Part shown: positions 15,220-29,230 of the stretch, piece by piece
How positions within the stretch are numbered: position 1 is the first letter of the stretch
Layout of the letters: each line of letters opens with the position of its first letter
Source of the DNA: Octopus sinensis
Taxonomy: Eukaryota
Length of the DNA: 64,000 nt
Assembly (NCBI RefSeq): GCF_006345805.1
Contig: NC_043020.1
Location: 1,922,001 to 1,986,000, forward strand
Reading direction: 5' to 3'
Position numbers and translations under genes: made by a program
The notes under the pieces: model-generated
What the model was told of the DNA's origin: nothing
The model's database searches: none
What the model saw: only the letters and a program-made list of their open reading frames with translations

Positions 15220-15270
<51 letters not shown>

Positions 15271-15342
15271 CCATATATATACATACACGTATATATATAT
15301 GTATATATATATATACATATGTATATATTTATATAATATATA

Positions 15343-15382
<40 letters not shown>

Positions 15383-15423
15383 GGGATAGAGAGAGAGAGG
15401 CAAACATATACATACATACATAC

Positions 15424-15458
<35 letters not shown>

Positions 15459-15472
15459 TATACATACATATA

Positions 15473-15503
<31 letters not shown>

Positions 15504-15510
15504 CATATAT
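14150..15510. repeat. (AT)n/(AC)n/(TATG)n compound microsatellite field
   Basis: Direct inspection; short unique interruption near 14880-15100. Confidence 0.9.
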
Positions 15511-15668
15511 ACGACGGGCTTCTTTCAGTTTCCGTCTATCAAGTCCACTCACAAGGCTTTGGTCGGCCCGCGGTTACAGTAGAAGACACTTGCCCAAGGT
15601 GCCACGCAGTGGGACTGAACCCGGAACCATGTGGTTGGTGAGCAAGCTTCTTACCACACAGCCACTAC
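15510..15668 (-). mobile_element. SINE group C 5' half (CORE-like)
   Basis: GTGGCACCTTGGGCAAGTGTCTTCTAC resembles the CORE-SINE block; matches 62800-62964. Confidence 0.88.
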
Positions 15669-16087
15669 TACGACTATATATTACTAGAAAACCATCTAGA
15701 TCTCGGGCCATCCACGTCCACCACCTCAAATCTGAAAGTATTTCCAATGATATTCACTGTTTTATAAATAGATAGATAAATAAATATATACATACATACA
15801 CCTACATACACACACACGCATAGGTACGTATATGTATGCCTCTCTTTGTGCTTGCATGTTCGCATTAGCCCACCAAGACGTGTAACCTTATTTACGTTTC
15901 CCTAACTTAGCTGTTCGCCCCCCCCCAAAAAAAAAACACAGATAAAGTAAAGTAATTGATGTGAAAATAAATAAGACCAGGAGTGGATTTATTCAAATGA
16001 AATTCTTCGGGGAAATAAACCGGCTTGGCCGCAATCCAACGACCAAAAGAAGGGAAAGATAACAGATAAAGCTGAAGAGGCACACGG

Positions 16088-16119
<32 letters not shown>

Positions 16120-17275
16120 CGATATATATATATGTAAACGCAGTTCTTTATGTGTTTGTGTGTAGTATGAAGCTTGACTTTCACTTGTTATATTTTTTTT
16201 TCCTCCGAGTGATTCTATTTTCCATGCATTGGGTTAAGTGAGCACGGTGACATCATAGCTCCAAATGCTGTGTGTTCATTCTTTTGCGTTAAATATATTG
16301 ATATTTAGGAAGAGGAGCTTTTGAGATGTGTCTTGAAAGCCATTATTTACACACACAAAGACACACCACAAACACATCTATGTATGTATGTATCTATCTA
16401 TATGTATATATCTGTCTATCTGTCTGTCTGTCTGTTTGCTTGTTTGTCTGTTTATCTGTCTGTCTCTGCCTTTTTGTCTCCAGGGATTCTAACTCTCTCT
16501 CTCTCTTTCTATCTCTCTCTCTCTCACTCTCTGTATGTGTATGTATGTATATATATATATATATATATCCGTATATATGTATCCGTATATAAGTATCTCT
16601 CTTTCCCTTCAATTTTCGCATTGCTCTATGCCTTTTATTACACTTTATATATTCACACTATGACAAATATATATGGAGAGAGATATATACATATATAGAT
16701 AGGTTGATAAATAGATAGATATAGATGTAGATATGGAGATGTTTTACGCTTGCTTTTATATACATACAAATATATGCATACAAGCATAGTGGTGTATATG
16801 TGTGTGTGGATGTGCTTGCATGTGTGAATGCATGCATATGTAAGAATCTGTGTGTGTGTGTGTGAAGATGTGAGATTTAATTGTGCGTGTGTGAGTGTAC
16901 GTGTGTACAGTTAGAGCAGATGCAAATAAATAAATCGCTGCTGCACTAAAAGACCACCTATTGAACTTTTCTGCTTCAGAACTGCACTGGAAATACCCAA
17001 CACTTGTTGCTTCCTTCTTCGGTCATTTTTTTTTTAATGCATTTATTTTTCCATCTTTTTCTCATTTATCTCTCTCTGTATACACGCACAAAAGCGCGCG
17101 CAGGCACACACACACACACACACAGACACGCACACATATACTACACACACACACATGTGAATGCGTATTTGTGTATGCTCGTATATAAGTATATAAGTAT
17201 GTATAAATTCGCTATATGCAATATCGTGTACATATGGAGCACATACGTACGACATTATGCAGGTCTGCATGTATT

Positions 17276-17351
<76 letters not shown>

Positions 17352-17723
17352 ATGTAGTATATATATTATATATATGTATATATAGTACATATATATATAT
17401 ATATAATTTTTGACATATATTTGTATATTGTATATATTGTATATATATATATACATATATATCCATATATATATATATATATATATATGTCATCTAAGAT
17501 TAATGCAATATGCCGACGATATAACTGTAACAAAAGCTCACAACACATACTTAAGCTCACCTCCCGTTGGCATACATTCATTTCGCGGAGAATCAGAAAA
17601 AGTTGATATTTCAAATGTAAACACGCGCGCGCGTGCAAACACAAACATGCACATATATACACATATAAACGTGTATATATATACATATATATATATATAT
17701 CTATTATATATATATATATATAT

Positions 17724-17759
<36 letters not shown>

Positions 17760-17976
17760 TCTATATATATATATATATATAAATATGTATATATGCATGT
17801 ATAGATCTATGCATATGCATTGTATTGTACAATCTCTTCACTCACAAAGTAATCAGGAAACCTGTTTATAAATGGAAGAAGAAAAACGCACTTACCATCA
17901 AACGCATCGCAGTTCAATGAAAAATATATAAGTGACAAAGATGAAACCGGTTTGCAAAGCCAGCATATTCAATGAT

Positions 17977-18037
<61 letters not shown>

Positions 18038-18038
18038 T

Positions 18039-18080
<42 letters not shown>

Positions 18081-18240
18081 TATAGATTAGATAGATAGAT
18101 AGATAATGATAGATAGATAGAATAAACAATACATATATATATATAGATAGATATTGGTGCCTCACCATGACCACGCTTGAAGCTGAAACAATATGAAGAT
18201 TTAAAGATTTATACACACACACACATACCTGTGGGGACAA

Positions 18241-18405
18241 GAAACAAAAAGAAAGAGTGAGAGAGAGTTAGAGGGAAAGAGTACAACAGGGGTCGCCACC
18301 ACTCCTTTTCGCTCAATAAACACACACAACGCCCGTTGTGGGAATCGAAACCGCAATCCTCCGACCGCGAGTCGACTGCCCAAACCACTGGGCCATTGGG
18401 CCTCC
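18241..18405 (-). mobile_element. SINE group B, partial
   Basis: Head and body with an internal deletion. Confidence 0.75.
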
Positions 18406-18847
18406 TGCTGTTGTTGCTCCTAGCATGCTTTTCTCGTCTTTCTTACACGGTTTAGTTTGTTTTATTTTTCTCTGTGTCACTCGGCTAATTTTCGGATACA
18501 AGTAACTTTCTATTGCTCTCAAGTGACCGTTTTGTTTGTTTTAGCCCTGCCTAAAAATTGCCATGTCTTCCATGCTGAGTTACAATAATCTATGTCTGTG
18601 TGTCTGTATTATTCCTTGTACGTCGTTGTCCCCGATATGATTTTTTATTTTTGTTTTTGTTTTTTTCAACATTTCCTCTTCTTTGTCACCCAGTATTGTG
18701 CGCACTCCATTAGATCAGATTTGCTTTTTACTTGCGGATAACACAGCTGACGAGAGTCTTCCTATGTCTGATTTTGTCATTTCCGTTACTTCATTTTCAT
18801 TTCATTTCACTTGTATGTATGTCTGTCTGTCTCTATGTATGTATGTA

Positions 18848-18869
18848 TTTATTATTATTATTATTATTA

Positions 18870-18944
<75 letters not shown>

Positions 18945-19006
18945 CATCATTATTATTATTATTATTATTATTATCATTATTATTATTATTATCATTATTA
19001 TTACTA

Positions 19007-19062
<56 letters not shown>

Positions 19063-19086
19063 GTTATTATTATTATCATTATTATT
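18848..19086. repeat. (ATT)n array
   Basis: Direct inspection. Confidence 0.95.
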
Positions 19087-19936
19087 AGTCAAAGTCTTCT
19101 TGTTAGAAAGGGGTTACTTTCTCACAAAGGCACGATACTCCAACGATACAATGTAGATACGAAAAACAATATCACATGCTGAACTTGTAAAACATCTTTG
19201 CCCGTTTTCCCTGTTCTGCTCAGAGACTGTAATTACAACTTACGTGTATTACTGGTTTGATACCTACATATTTACTCACAACAAATGCACCAACTATTAT
19301 TGACATAAATGTGAATTTATGTGAATATATACAACCAGAAGGTTTCGAACCATCTGAACGCGATGATGATACATACTGATATCTGTTACAAACTGCGGCA
19401 TACGACCAGTTAAGCTTGCATTTGGTAGAAACGTCGATGGGAATGCACCTCCAGTATTTCTTATATTGATGATGTATGTATACAGCGATGGGCAAAATTA
19501 GGTATACAGTATATGGGTGGAATGTTCTTTCTATTTCTCAATTTCGTTTTTTTTTTCGAGATAATGAGGATTCCATTGTATACCTACGTTTGCCCACACC
19601 CTGTACGGTGCGATTTGAAATTTAAATTGCGCGATAAATAACAAGTACTTAGCAATGTATTCTCCTCTATCTGCCGGTAGACTGCAAGGAGGAATTTTAT
19701 AAAGGACCATAAATCAATTGATTGGAATCTGCAGGCTCGTGTCAAAGACTCGGCATAGGAAACAAAATAAAACGAAAGATATTGTATAACTAAATATCTT
19801 ATATATTTTGCTTATATATATTGCATTTACATAATATATATATATATATATATAATATATATATATATGTATGTATGTATGTATGTATATATATATATAC
19901 ATATATATATATATTGTATATATATATAAATATATG

Positions 19937-19968
<32 letters not shown>

Positions 19969-21323
19969 TTTTGTATGTATATATATATATACTATATATA
20001 ATATATGTATATAAATAAATATATATATACATATACATATATGTATATATATATATGTGTGTGTGTGTGTATGTATATATATATATATGTGTGTGTGTGT
20101 GTGGTGTGTATACATAGTCACACCCAGACACAACCATACATACATGATGTATATATGTCATATGTCGGTATTATGCACACACAAATTTATAAAAATGCAT
20201 GTGTGTGTGTGTGTTTGTATTTGTGTGTGTGTGTATGTGTGTGTGTGTGTCTGTGTGTGTGTTTCTCTAATGCATGCACGTGTAAAGTCATTTTCGGTTT
20301 AATATGAAACTTTAAGAACGTGTGTGATTGGCAAAATATATTTTTTTCTTTTCTCTTCAAACTTCCTTCCGAATGGAGCTGAATATATTTACATACTGTG
20401 AACTTATCAATTCATAATAATTCGTAATACTTTCTATCTGTGCGTATGTATGTTTGAAATGTGTTGTCTATGTCTGTGGTCTGTATGTTTGTCTTTAATG
20501 CTGTGTGTGTGTGTGTGTGTGTGTGGCTGTTTATAATATGTTTGTCTCGGTGTGTACGTGAATGTGTGAGTGTTTCATTTGTATTCATGTTAGGAAACAT
20601 TTTACCGCAATTATGCACAAGCATATCGTTAATTTTCATAATGTATTTAAATTTATTCGTGTTTCTCCATGCATAGATACTTACATACACGTATAAATAT
20701 AAATAGATATAGATAGAACAGAGAGAGAGAGAGCAAGAAATGTTGTGTTGTGTATGTGTTTGTTCTGTGTGTCTGTGTGTGTGTGTAAGTGTGCGTGTAT
20801 GTGCTACAAACAGAGAAGGTGCACTTTGTTTTTTATCTTCATTACATCATGGCCAGATTTTTTAACATACATTTCTTCGGAGGAGATCAGTTGCTCTTGC
20901 GAGTGAAACTATATAAATATCGTTACAAGCGGGAGAGATAAAAAAAAGTGTTTTAAATAGGGAAGGTAAGAGTATACGATGAATAACAATTATACGAAAA
21001 AGGGCTCTCTTGAGGAAACAGACAGGTAGAACTGGAGAAGCTCTGGAGCACATCTGGAGCAGAGACGGTATGATATTAGTGAGATCGCGAATGGCGACGA
21101 AACGATTTTGACGAACCTAGCTGATTGGACTACATGACTGACTGAGGGGTTAATGAAGGGTTAATTAAACCATTATTTAATTGGTTAAATTGTTAGCCAT
21201 TCAAAAATATAAATAAAGAAGTGAAACACAACCACTACTTGTGTTTATGGGCATACATAAGATATAATATAACAAAGCATTCCAAATTACCTACGAACGA
21301 AAGGGGAATATCACTTGTTTATA

Positions 21324-21554
21324 TATTTCTTTACTACCCACAAGGGGCTACACACAGAGGGGACACACGAGGATAGACAAACGGATTAAGTCGATTACAT
21401 CGACCCCAGTGCGTAACTGGCACTTAATTTATCGACCCCGAAAGGATGAAAGGCAAAGTCGACCTCGGTGGAATTTGAACCCAGAACGTAACGGCAGACG
21501 AAATACTACTAAGCATTTCGCCCGGCGTGCTAACGTTTCTGCCAGCTCGCCGCC
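21324..21554 (-). mobile_element. SINE group A (long tail), full length
   Basis: Near-identical to the reverse complement of 39495-39725. Box A/B-like motifs TGGCAGAAACG and GTTCAAATTCC. Confidence 0.9.
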
Positions 21555-22084
21555 TTGTTTATCACTTGTTTATAAACATAGGGACAACTGTGAGCATATT
21601 TCAGTTAATAACTACGGCCATGCTGGGGCACCGCCTTGAAGAAATTTGTGTCGAATGAATGGACCATAGTATTTAATTTTTCTAAAAGTCAAGCGGTTAT
21701 TCTATCGGTCACTTATGCCGAATCGCTACATAGGCAAGCCATAATGGGTTATAAAACAGTGGTGAGGGACAAACAGAGACACAAACACACACATACACAC
21801 ACGCAGACATACACACGCGCACACACACGCACACACACACACACCCAGATACACGATGGATTTATTTCAGTTTCTGTCGACCAAACCCACTCAAAAGACT
21901 TTGGTCGGCCCGAAGTTATATTAGAAAACACTTGACTAAAGAGTCATGCAGAGGGGCTGACCCCCAGGACGAGAGGTTAAGTCCCGCCGAACTTATTCAG
22001 CTCGTCACGCCTTGACTGCGCTTAATTTACGCTTGAAGAGATTGGAAATTCACGTACCATATAAAAGATAATATTATATATATA

Positions 22085-22119
<35 letters not shown>

Positions 22120-22669
22120 CAATATATATATATATATAATATGTAGACATACATACATACATACAAATCTGCACATACATACATACAAACAAACAAAAAT
22201 ATCTTGTTGATGTTGAAATTCCAAGGAAGGAGCCTTGGATCTTGGTTAGAAACCGGTTCTTTCTCTATTGACAAGAAATCTTGAAATAATACTAAATAAT
22301 GACATACATACATGCATGCATGCATGCATGTATGCATTAGGGAAATTTTCGAAGCATGTGAATGTTTCTGCAGGAAGGAAATATCCATTAGCATTCATTC
22401 AAATAAATATTTTAAGCCAGTTAACCATGTTTGGCGTACTTTAAGCTAACACATTTTATTGCTTACTCTCACTCACACACATGTACCAACACACAAAACA
22501 CACAGGCATCTACAATCCCCCCTCACGCACTCACACTTATGTACAGTCACACACGAACACTCGTGCATATTATCAGGTACGTACACATGCACATAATTTT
22601 GTATGTATCTATGCATGTTTTATGATGTCAAGAAATGCATGTCAGATTATCTATCTATCTATCTATCTG

Positions 22670-22716
<47 letters not shown>

Positions 22717-22731
22717 CTATCTATCTATATT

Positions 22732-22769
<38 letters not shown>

Positions 22770-22781
22770 TATATATTATAG

Positions 22782-22851
<70 letters not shown>

Positions 22852-23055
22852 ATATATATATATCTCCCTCCATCTGTCGTATGTGTGTCTATCTATCTTA
22901 TCTATCTATCTCTCTCTCTCTCTCTCTCTCTCTCCTATATAGATATATATATATATATATATATTATTCATCTGTCAGTATGTGTGTCTATCTATCTTAT
23001 CTATCTATCATATCTAGCTAGCTAGCTAGGTAGTTATCTGTCTGTCTGTCTCGCG

Positions 23056-23108
<53 letters not shown>

Positions 23109-23604
23109 CTTATCTATCTATCTATATTCTTGAATATGCATCAATGTAATAAATCGTTACGTTCACGGTAAACACCGTGTGTGAGAGCATATATGCATAT
23201 CTGTGTGTGTTAACAAGCAGATAGATATGTGTGTGTGAGTATTTGTGAATAATCCAGGTATGTAAGTAACCAATGTGTGTGTGTATGTGTGTGCAGTGTG
23301 TGTGTGTACTTTCATAATTGTGTTAAGTAAGTATGAATCTATGTAATGTGTTTCTAATGTAGAAAAAATATGGGGAAAAAGAATAAAAATAATAGTATAA
23401 CGCAAGAAAAAATATATAAATCGGTGATGTGAGAAGGCATGAAACAATATCGATCACAATGTTAAAGCAGCAAATAAACTGTATCGATCACACGGGCAAC
23501 TAACTCATTTCATACGCCACGCTTCATTACACTCTATCATAGACACTCTCTGTCACTCTTCGCAGTTTCGTTCTGGTTTTCTTATTGTTGTTTTCATTCC
23601 TGCG

Positions 23605-24110
23605 GAGCGATGTGTGTGTGTGTGTATGTGTGAGCAGTGCGTGTGTATGTGCTGTGTGTGTGTGTGTTTGTGTGTGTATGTGTGCAGTGTGTATGTGTGT
23701 GAAGAGTGTTTGCAGTGTGTGTGTGTGCAGTGTGTGTGTGTGCAGTTTGTGTGTGTGTGTGTGAAGAGTGTGTACGTGTAGTGTGTGTGTGTGTGTGTGC
23801 AGTGTGTCTGCGGTGTGAGTGTGTGAGCAGTGTGTGTCTGTGCAGTGTGTGTGCAGTGTGTTTGTGCAGTTTGTGTGTGCAGTGTATGTGTGTGCAGTGT
23901 GTGTGTAGTGTGTGTGTGTGCAGTGTGTGTGTGTGTGTGCAGTGTGTGTGTGTGTGCAGTGTGTGTATGTGTGTGCAGTGTGTGTGTAGTGTGTGTGTGT
24001 GCAGTGTGTGTATGTGTGTGCAGTGTGTGTGTAGTGTGTGTGTGTGCAGTGTGTGTGTGTGTGTGCAGTGTGTGTGTGTGTGTGCAGTGTGTGTGTGCAG
24101 TGTGTGTGTG
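23605..24110. repeat. [GCA(GT)n] interrupted (GT)n array with higher-order unit
   Basis: Recurrent GCAGT interruptions; perfect 45-bp tandem duplication at 23956-24045. Confidence 0.93.
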
Positions 24111-24305
24111 CTTTATGCGCACATATATGAATGGGTGTGTAAATATATGTATGCATATAGTTATAAATACTTTTATACTTACACTCCCATATACAAACAT
24201 ACACACACACAATTTACACATATTTATTCACACTTACGGCATGGTAAAATACTAAATATATAAATAAATATATATGTGTGTGCGTATGTGATTGTGTGCC
24301 TTTGT

Positions 24306-24341
<36 letters not shown>

Positions 24342-25362
24342 ACCTGTATGAACGAGTACATATAAGTACACACACACAAAGATATGTAGATATCTATATA
24401 TACATACAGATATATACATATGTATATGTAGAAGCATACATGCATACATATATGTGTGTGTGTGTGTGTCCGTGTGTGTGTGCATGTATGTGTGTGTGTG
24501 TGTCCGTGTGTGTGTGTGTATGTGTGTGTGTGTCTGTGTCTGTGTTTCTCTCTAATACTGTAAATAAGCAGCCTTAAAGATAATATTCTGTATCTGGCAT
24601 AGAAATTGGTTCTCATACATGATGAGAACCAAAGTCTTTCTCAAGACATTAGGATGTGTCGGGAAGAATTTGGCTGGTTATTTCTAACTTGAGTAGATTG
24701 ACTGCGAAAGTCTTGAAGCTGAGGCTTCTATTTTTAGGCTTCAACGTAGTCTCCGTTAGTTGTATACCAAACACAACCTTGTTCAACGTCGACTTACTTT
24801 TTAAATCTATATCATGTGAGATCTAAAATCTAGCTAATCGCTAATTTTAGCAGTCCGAAGACCCTCCAGAGGGTCTCGTGTCGGTAAGGGTCTGAATTCA
24901 AATTGAATGTGGTTGAACAGACCTAGGATAAAAAGCGTTTCTGCCGTGACCGTCGCATCTATTACCCAGTATGTCCTTTCTTTACGCTTGTAGGACGCCT
25001 TTTTGCATATCAGGTGTAACTTCTGAGAGGATTTTCGCTATTATCTCATGGAAATTTTAAGTCTGTAGATGTTTGATTTGAAAAAATGGTTGCCTGCTAA
25101 ATCTCGCAGCAAGAATAAGAGAAGCAGCGATTCCATCGTCGGATTAGTCCGATTAGATTTAATCCAGCAGAATTCGGATAAAAGACGCCGACTATCCTGG
25201 TATCCTGATTATCCTGTCTTTTAGTAAATCAGACTACACCATTATCTCAATGTGTTTCTCGACTATGTATGTATGGTGTGTATATATTATATATTATATA
25301 TATTATATGATAGTCTATATATATATATATATAATATATGTTCGTAATTGTTTATGTATAAT

Positions 25363-25396
<34 letters not shown>

Positions 25397-25563
25397 ATCT
25401 ATACATCTATATCGTCAGATAGAGGAAAAAACTTTTGATAAGCATAACAAATGCGCAACCGGTAAAAAGAACTTTCACCTAATTAAATTACTTAAATTAC
25501 TTAATTTATTTTGTCAGCATTTTCTTCATTTCCTTTTTTATACATACATACATATATATATAT

Positions 25564-25649
<86 letters not shown>

Positions 25650-26032
25650 AGGATAGATATAGATATAGATACATATATAATAGACACATAGCATATACAT
25701 TTGCATTCATATATTCAAACACACACACACACACACACACACATTCATTTATAGATTTTTTGCAAACAACTTGCAGATGAAAGCTCCGCACACCGGATGC
25801 TGGCAAGTTTATGGGATCATCACGAGGGAATGCGCGCCGCTTCAGGGCCTACCTCACGACAGCAACATTGCGCACCGGCCCACTCCGTCGCTGAAATGAA
25901 GCCCCTGCTTATTTGATATAGGTCAATATTATTCTAGCCATCGCTGACCGTCTCTTTTTAATTACATCCAGTGGCTTGCCTTTTCCACGGTAGTTTGGAT
26001 ATTACTCATGGTATATATATAGGTATGTATGT

Positions 26033-26377
26033 GTGAAGGCGCATGGCTCGGTGGTTAGAGCGTCGAGCTTACGATCGTGAGGTTGTGAGCTCGAATCCCG
26101 GTCCGGGCTGCGTGTTGTGTTCTTGAGCAAGACACTTTATTTCACGTTGCTCCAGTTCACTCAGCTGTAGAAATGAGTTGCGACGTCACTGGTGCCAAGC
26201 TGTATCGACCTTTGTCTTTCCCTTGGATAACACTGGTGGCGTGGAGAGGGGTGGCTGGTATGTAAGGGCGACTGCTGGTCTTCCATAAACAACTTTGCTC
26301 GGACTTGTGTCTAGGAGGGTAACTTTCTAGGTGCAATTACATGGTCATTCATGACCGAAGGGGGTCTTTACCCTTTA
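26033..26377 (+). mobile_element. SINE group D, full length
   Basis: Box A TGGCTCGGTGG, box B-like GCTCGAATCCC; body matches 63718-63990. Confidence 0.9.
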
Positions 26378-26387
26378 TGTCTATATA

Positions 26388-26676
26388 TCACCGTGATCAG
26401 ATGTTGCTACACATCGCTGATCACAATGCACTTCGCATTGTTTTAACCTTCAAATGATGCCACCCAGCTGGCTAAGCGAGCAGGCCAACAGAAGAAAGAA
26501 TGAGAGAAAGTTGTGGCGAAAGAGTACAGCAGGTATCGCCACTACCCTCTGTCGGAGCCTCGTGGAGCTTTAGGTGTTTTCGCTCAATAAACACTCACAA
26601 CGCCCGGTCTAGGAATCGAAACCGCGCTCTACGACCGCGAGTCCGCTGCCCTAACCACTGGGCCATTGCGCCTCCA
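26388..26676 (-). mobile_element. SINE group B, tail type 1
   Basis: Matches 53571-53878 and the reverse complement of 42064-42365. Confidence 0.9.
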
Positions 26677-26677
26677 C

Positions 26678-26719
<42 letters not shown>

Positions 26720-26797
26720 TATATATATATATAGTATACATATATACCTATATATATTTGTGTGTGTGTATATATATATTATATATATACATATATA

Positions 26798-26833
<36 letters not shown>

Positions 26834-26857
26834 CCTACATACAGAAATATATACACT

Positions 26858-26998
26858 TTCTGTCTAGAAAATCCACTCACGGTGCTTTAGTCGGCCCGGG
26901 GCTATAGTAGAGGAAACTTGCCTAAGGTACCACGCAGTGGGACTAATCCTGGAACCATGTGGTTGGGAAGCAAGCTTCATACCACACAGCCATACCTG
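26858..26998 (-). mobile_element. SINE group C 5' half
   Basis: Homologous to 15510-15668. Confidence 0.85.
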
Positions 26999-27069
26999 TT
27001 TAAATGATTTTTACACTTTGATATGGTTGAAATCACTTCCAGCAAGCTTTTAAATCATCAAATGATAAA

Positions 27070-27480
27070 AAAAAAGCTGCATGTGTAATGGATAAGATCC
27101 CTGGTGAGCTTGTTAAATATGTATGCGAAGCCACAGAGACATCGCTTATGAAATTTCATTACATGATGTGTTACGATTAGAGATACTAGACCAGTGGAAA
27201 AACATCGGTCGTTTGTAGAGCTGACAGAAATGTTTGATAGTATTATTGATTGCTTAAACTCGAAGAGAATCTCTCTGCTTGTGTTGAACATCAACCGACT
27301 CTGTTTAACTAAAAGATATGATTTTCAAAGGCCCAAATGCTTTACGATGTAAAATTATTAACGTCATCGAATGCATATTAAATGCAGTAATTAACTTGGT
27401 CGGTTTTTTTGACATTGTGCACAGCAATGTTACTTTGGAAATCGTTAAAAAGTATGGAATAGATGGAAATTTTGAAACCC
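27070..27480 (+). mobile_element. Very old LINE reverse-transcriptase remnant (RTE-like)
   Basis: Scattered RT-like peptides KAA..DKIPGELVKY, SFVELTEMFDSI and FFDIVHS..LEIVKKYGID in broken frames. Confidence 0.35.
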
Positions 27481-27926
27481 TGAAATGGCGTGATGCAAAA
27501 GAGATGGTACAGCCTTAAAATGTACGCTCAAAGGCATACATAGTGCGTGTGACTAACGGATGTACAGTGGAAGTACGAGACGAACTGAAGCAAGGGCCCT
27601 CGCCTTAGCAGTCGTTCTTCCAGTGACATATTTATTATTATGAGTATAGTAATGTAAATTATGTATGTAATGTATGTATGTATGTATGTATGTATGTCGT
27701 ATGTATGTATGTATGTATGTATTTATGATAGATCTTTAACCACTACACACTTTTTTTTTTTTCCTCCTGTTTCTCTCCTTGTTTTTCTGTGTCCCTTTCT
27801 GTAGAAGAGCGTAGCTCGAAACGTAAAAGACTTTTTTCTATTCATGAGCGTTATACTAATGCATCTGTTTGTTTTGTACTCACCTGTCTTCGTCTTTGTT
27901 TTTTTCATAAACTCTCCCTATATATC

Positions 27927-27959
<33 letters not shown>

Positions 27960-29118
27960 AATGCCTATATACATTCATATATAACTAAATAAAGCATGAG
28001 CGTGTTTGTACATGTATGTGCTTGTGTGTGTGTGCATATGTTTCCATGTAAGTGTGTGTGTGATTTCGTGTGTGCGTGTTGTGTTTCCTCGTATGTGTGT
28101 GTGCGCACGCACGCGTGTGTACGTAATAGTATAGTTCTGGCAACCAGACACCTGTATCTTTAAGGTTGATGTTAACTGAAGGCGTTTTATATGGTTTTTG
28201 AAACTGAAAATATCAGAAGACGAATTTCAACAATGTCTGATGATATTTATATCTGATTAAACACAAGCTCAAGAGTATGGCAGTAGTTAAAATCAAGTGA
28301 TGCAATTAAGTGGATGATTCACTCTTTCTCTAAAGTTAATTATATCACGTTCAGGAAATATCTAATTCTCTGATTATGAAATTAAATTAAGTTTAATTGG
28401 GATACAGGGCGATTCTTGATGAAAATCAGATTTTCTCATAATACAGAGTGCTATCATAAAGTAATTGCGCTAATTATGCGCTTTGGAACCTTTTCAGATT
28501 ATTAAAAAGTATTTTACGATATTCCTGCATTTACAGAAAATTCTCGCTTTCTTTATTGGTATTTGTGGTTCTTAATAATTAAAGGATATTTTTTTTCCGA
28601 AGTGCACATTTGCCAGTTGTATTTCATTCTGCACTTTGTGAATTTCCAGAAAGAATTTTATTATTTGGTTAGGTTTCCCTTCGGTCTATGTTGCAGAAAG
28701 AAGAGTTATTTGAGTTTACAATTCAAGGTTCCGACTCACAGTTGGAATATTTTTCGCGATCTTTATATTTTGCGCACACGCTCATCATCGTGAATAAATC
28801 ATAGGAGAATATCAGAATATAAGCAGCGTTCTTTTTTGCAACAGCGATTTGCAGTTTTTGATTTCTTGTTTGTTTCTGTTTTGTCATCATACATTTGAAA
28901 ATTGATATACAAAATATAAAACTGTAATTTCAATCTTTATTAATAGTTTTTTATATTAAATAAATTATTTCACTCTTCTTTCTCTTTCGTATATATTTAT
29001 ATATATATATATATAATATATATATATATATTATATATATTCATATATGTATATATACATACATGTATACTACATATATATATATGTATATTATATATAT
29101 ATATATGTATATATCTAT

Positions 29119-29170
<52 letters not shown>

Positions 29171-29187
29171 ATATATACATATATATA

Positions 29188-29230
<43 letters not shown>

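Noticed and set aside
22201-22302. Unique 100-nt block embedded in (CATA)n, suggestive of a LINE 3' end targeting that repeat
   Set aside because: Single copy in the window and no coding remnant; needs a genome-wide search.
24859-24876. Perfect inverted repeat AGACCCTC-CA-GAGGGTCT
   Set aside because: Short, with only a 2-nt loop and no ribozyme or terminator context; compatible with chance.
26033-26110. tRNA-like sequences with box A/B (also at other SINE heads)
   Set aside because: They continue into SINE bodies and lack a full acceptor stem and poly-T terminator, so they are not tRNA genes.
27795-27830. GTAGAAGAGCGTAGCTCGAAACGT, hammerhead-like
   Set aside because: The CTGA box is missing and there is no UH site with helix I. 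At best a dead relic of a Penelope-type tail.
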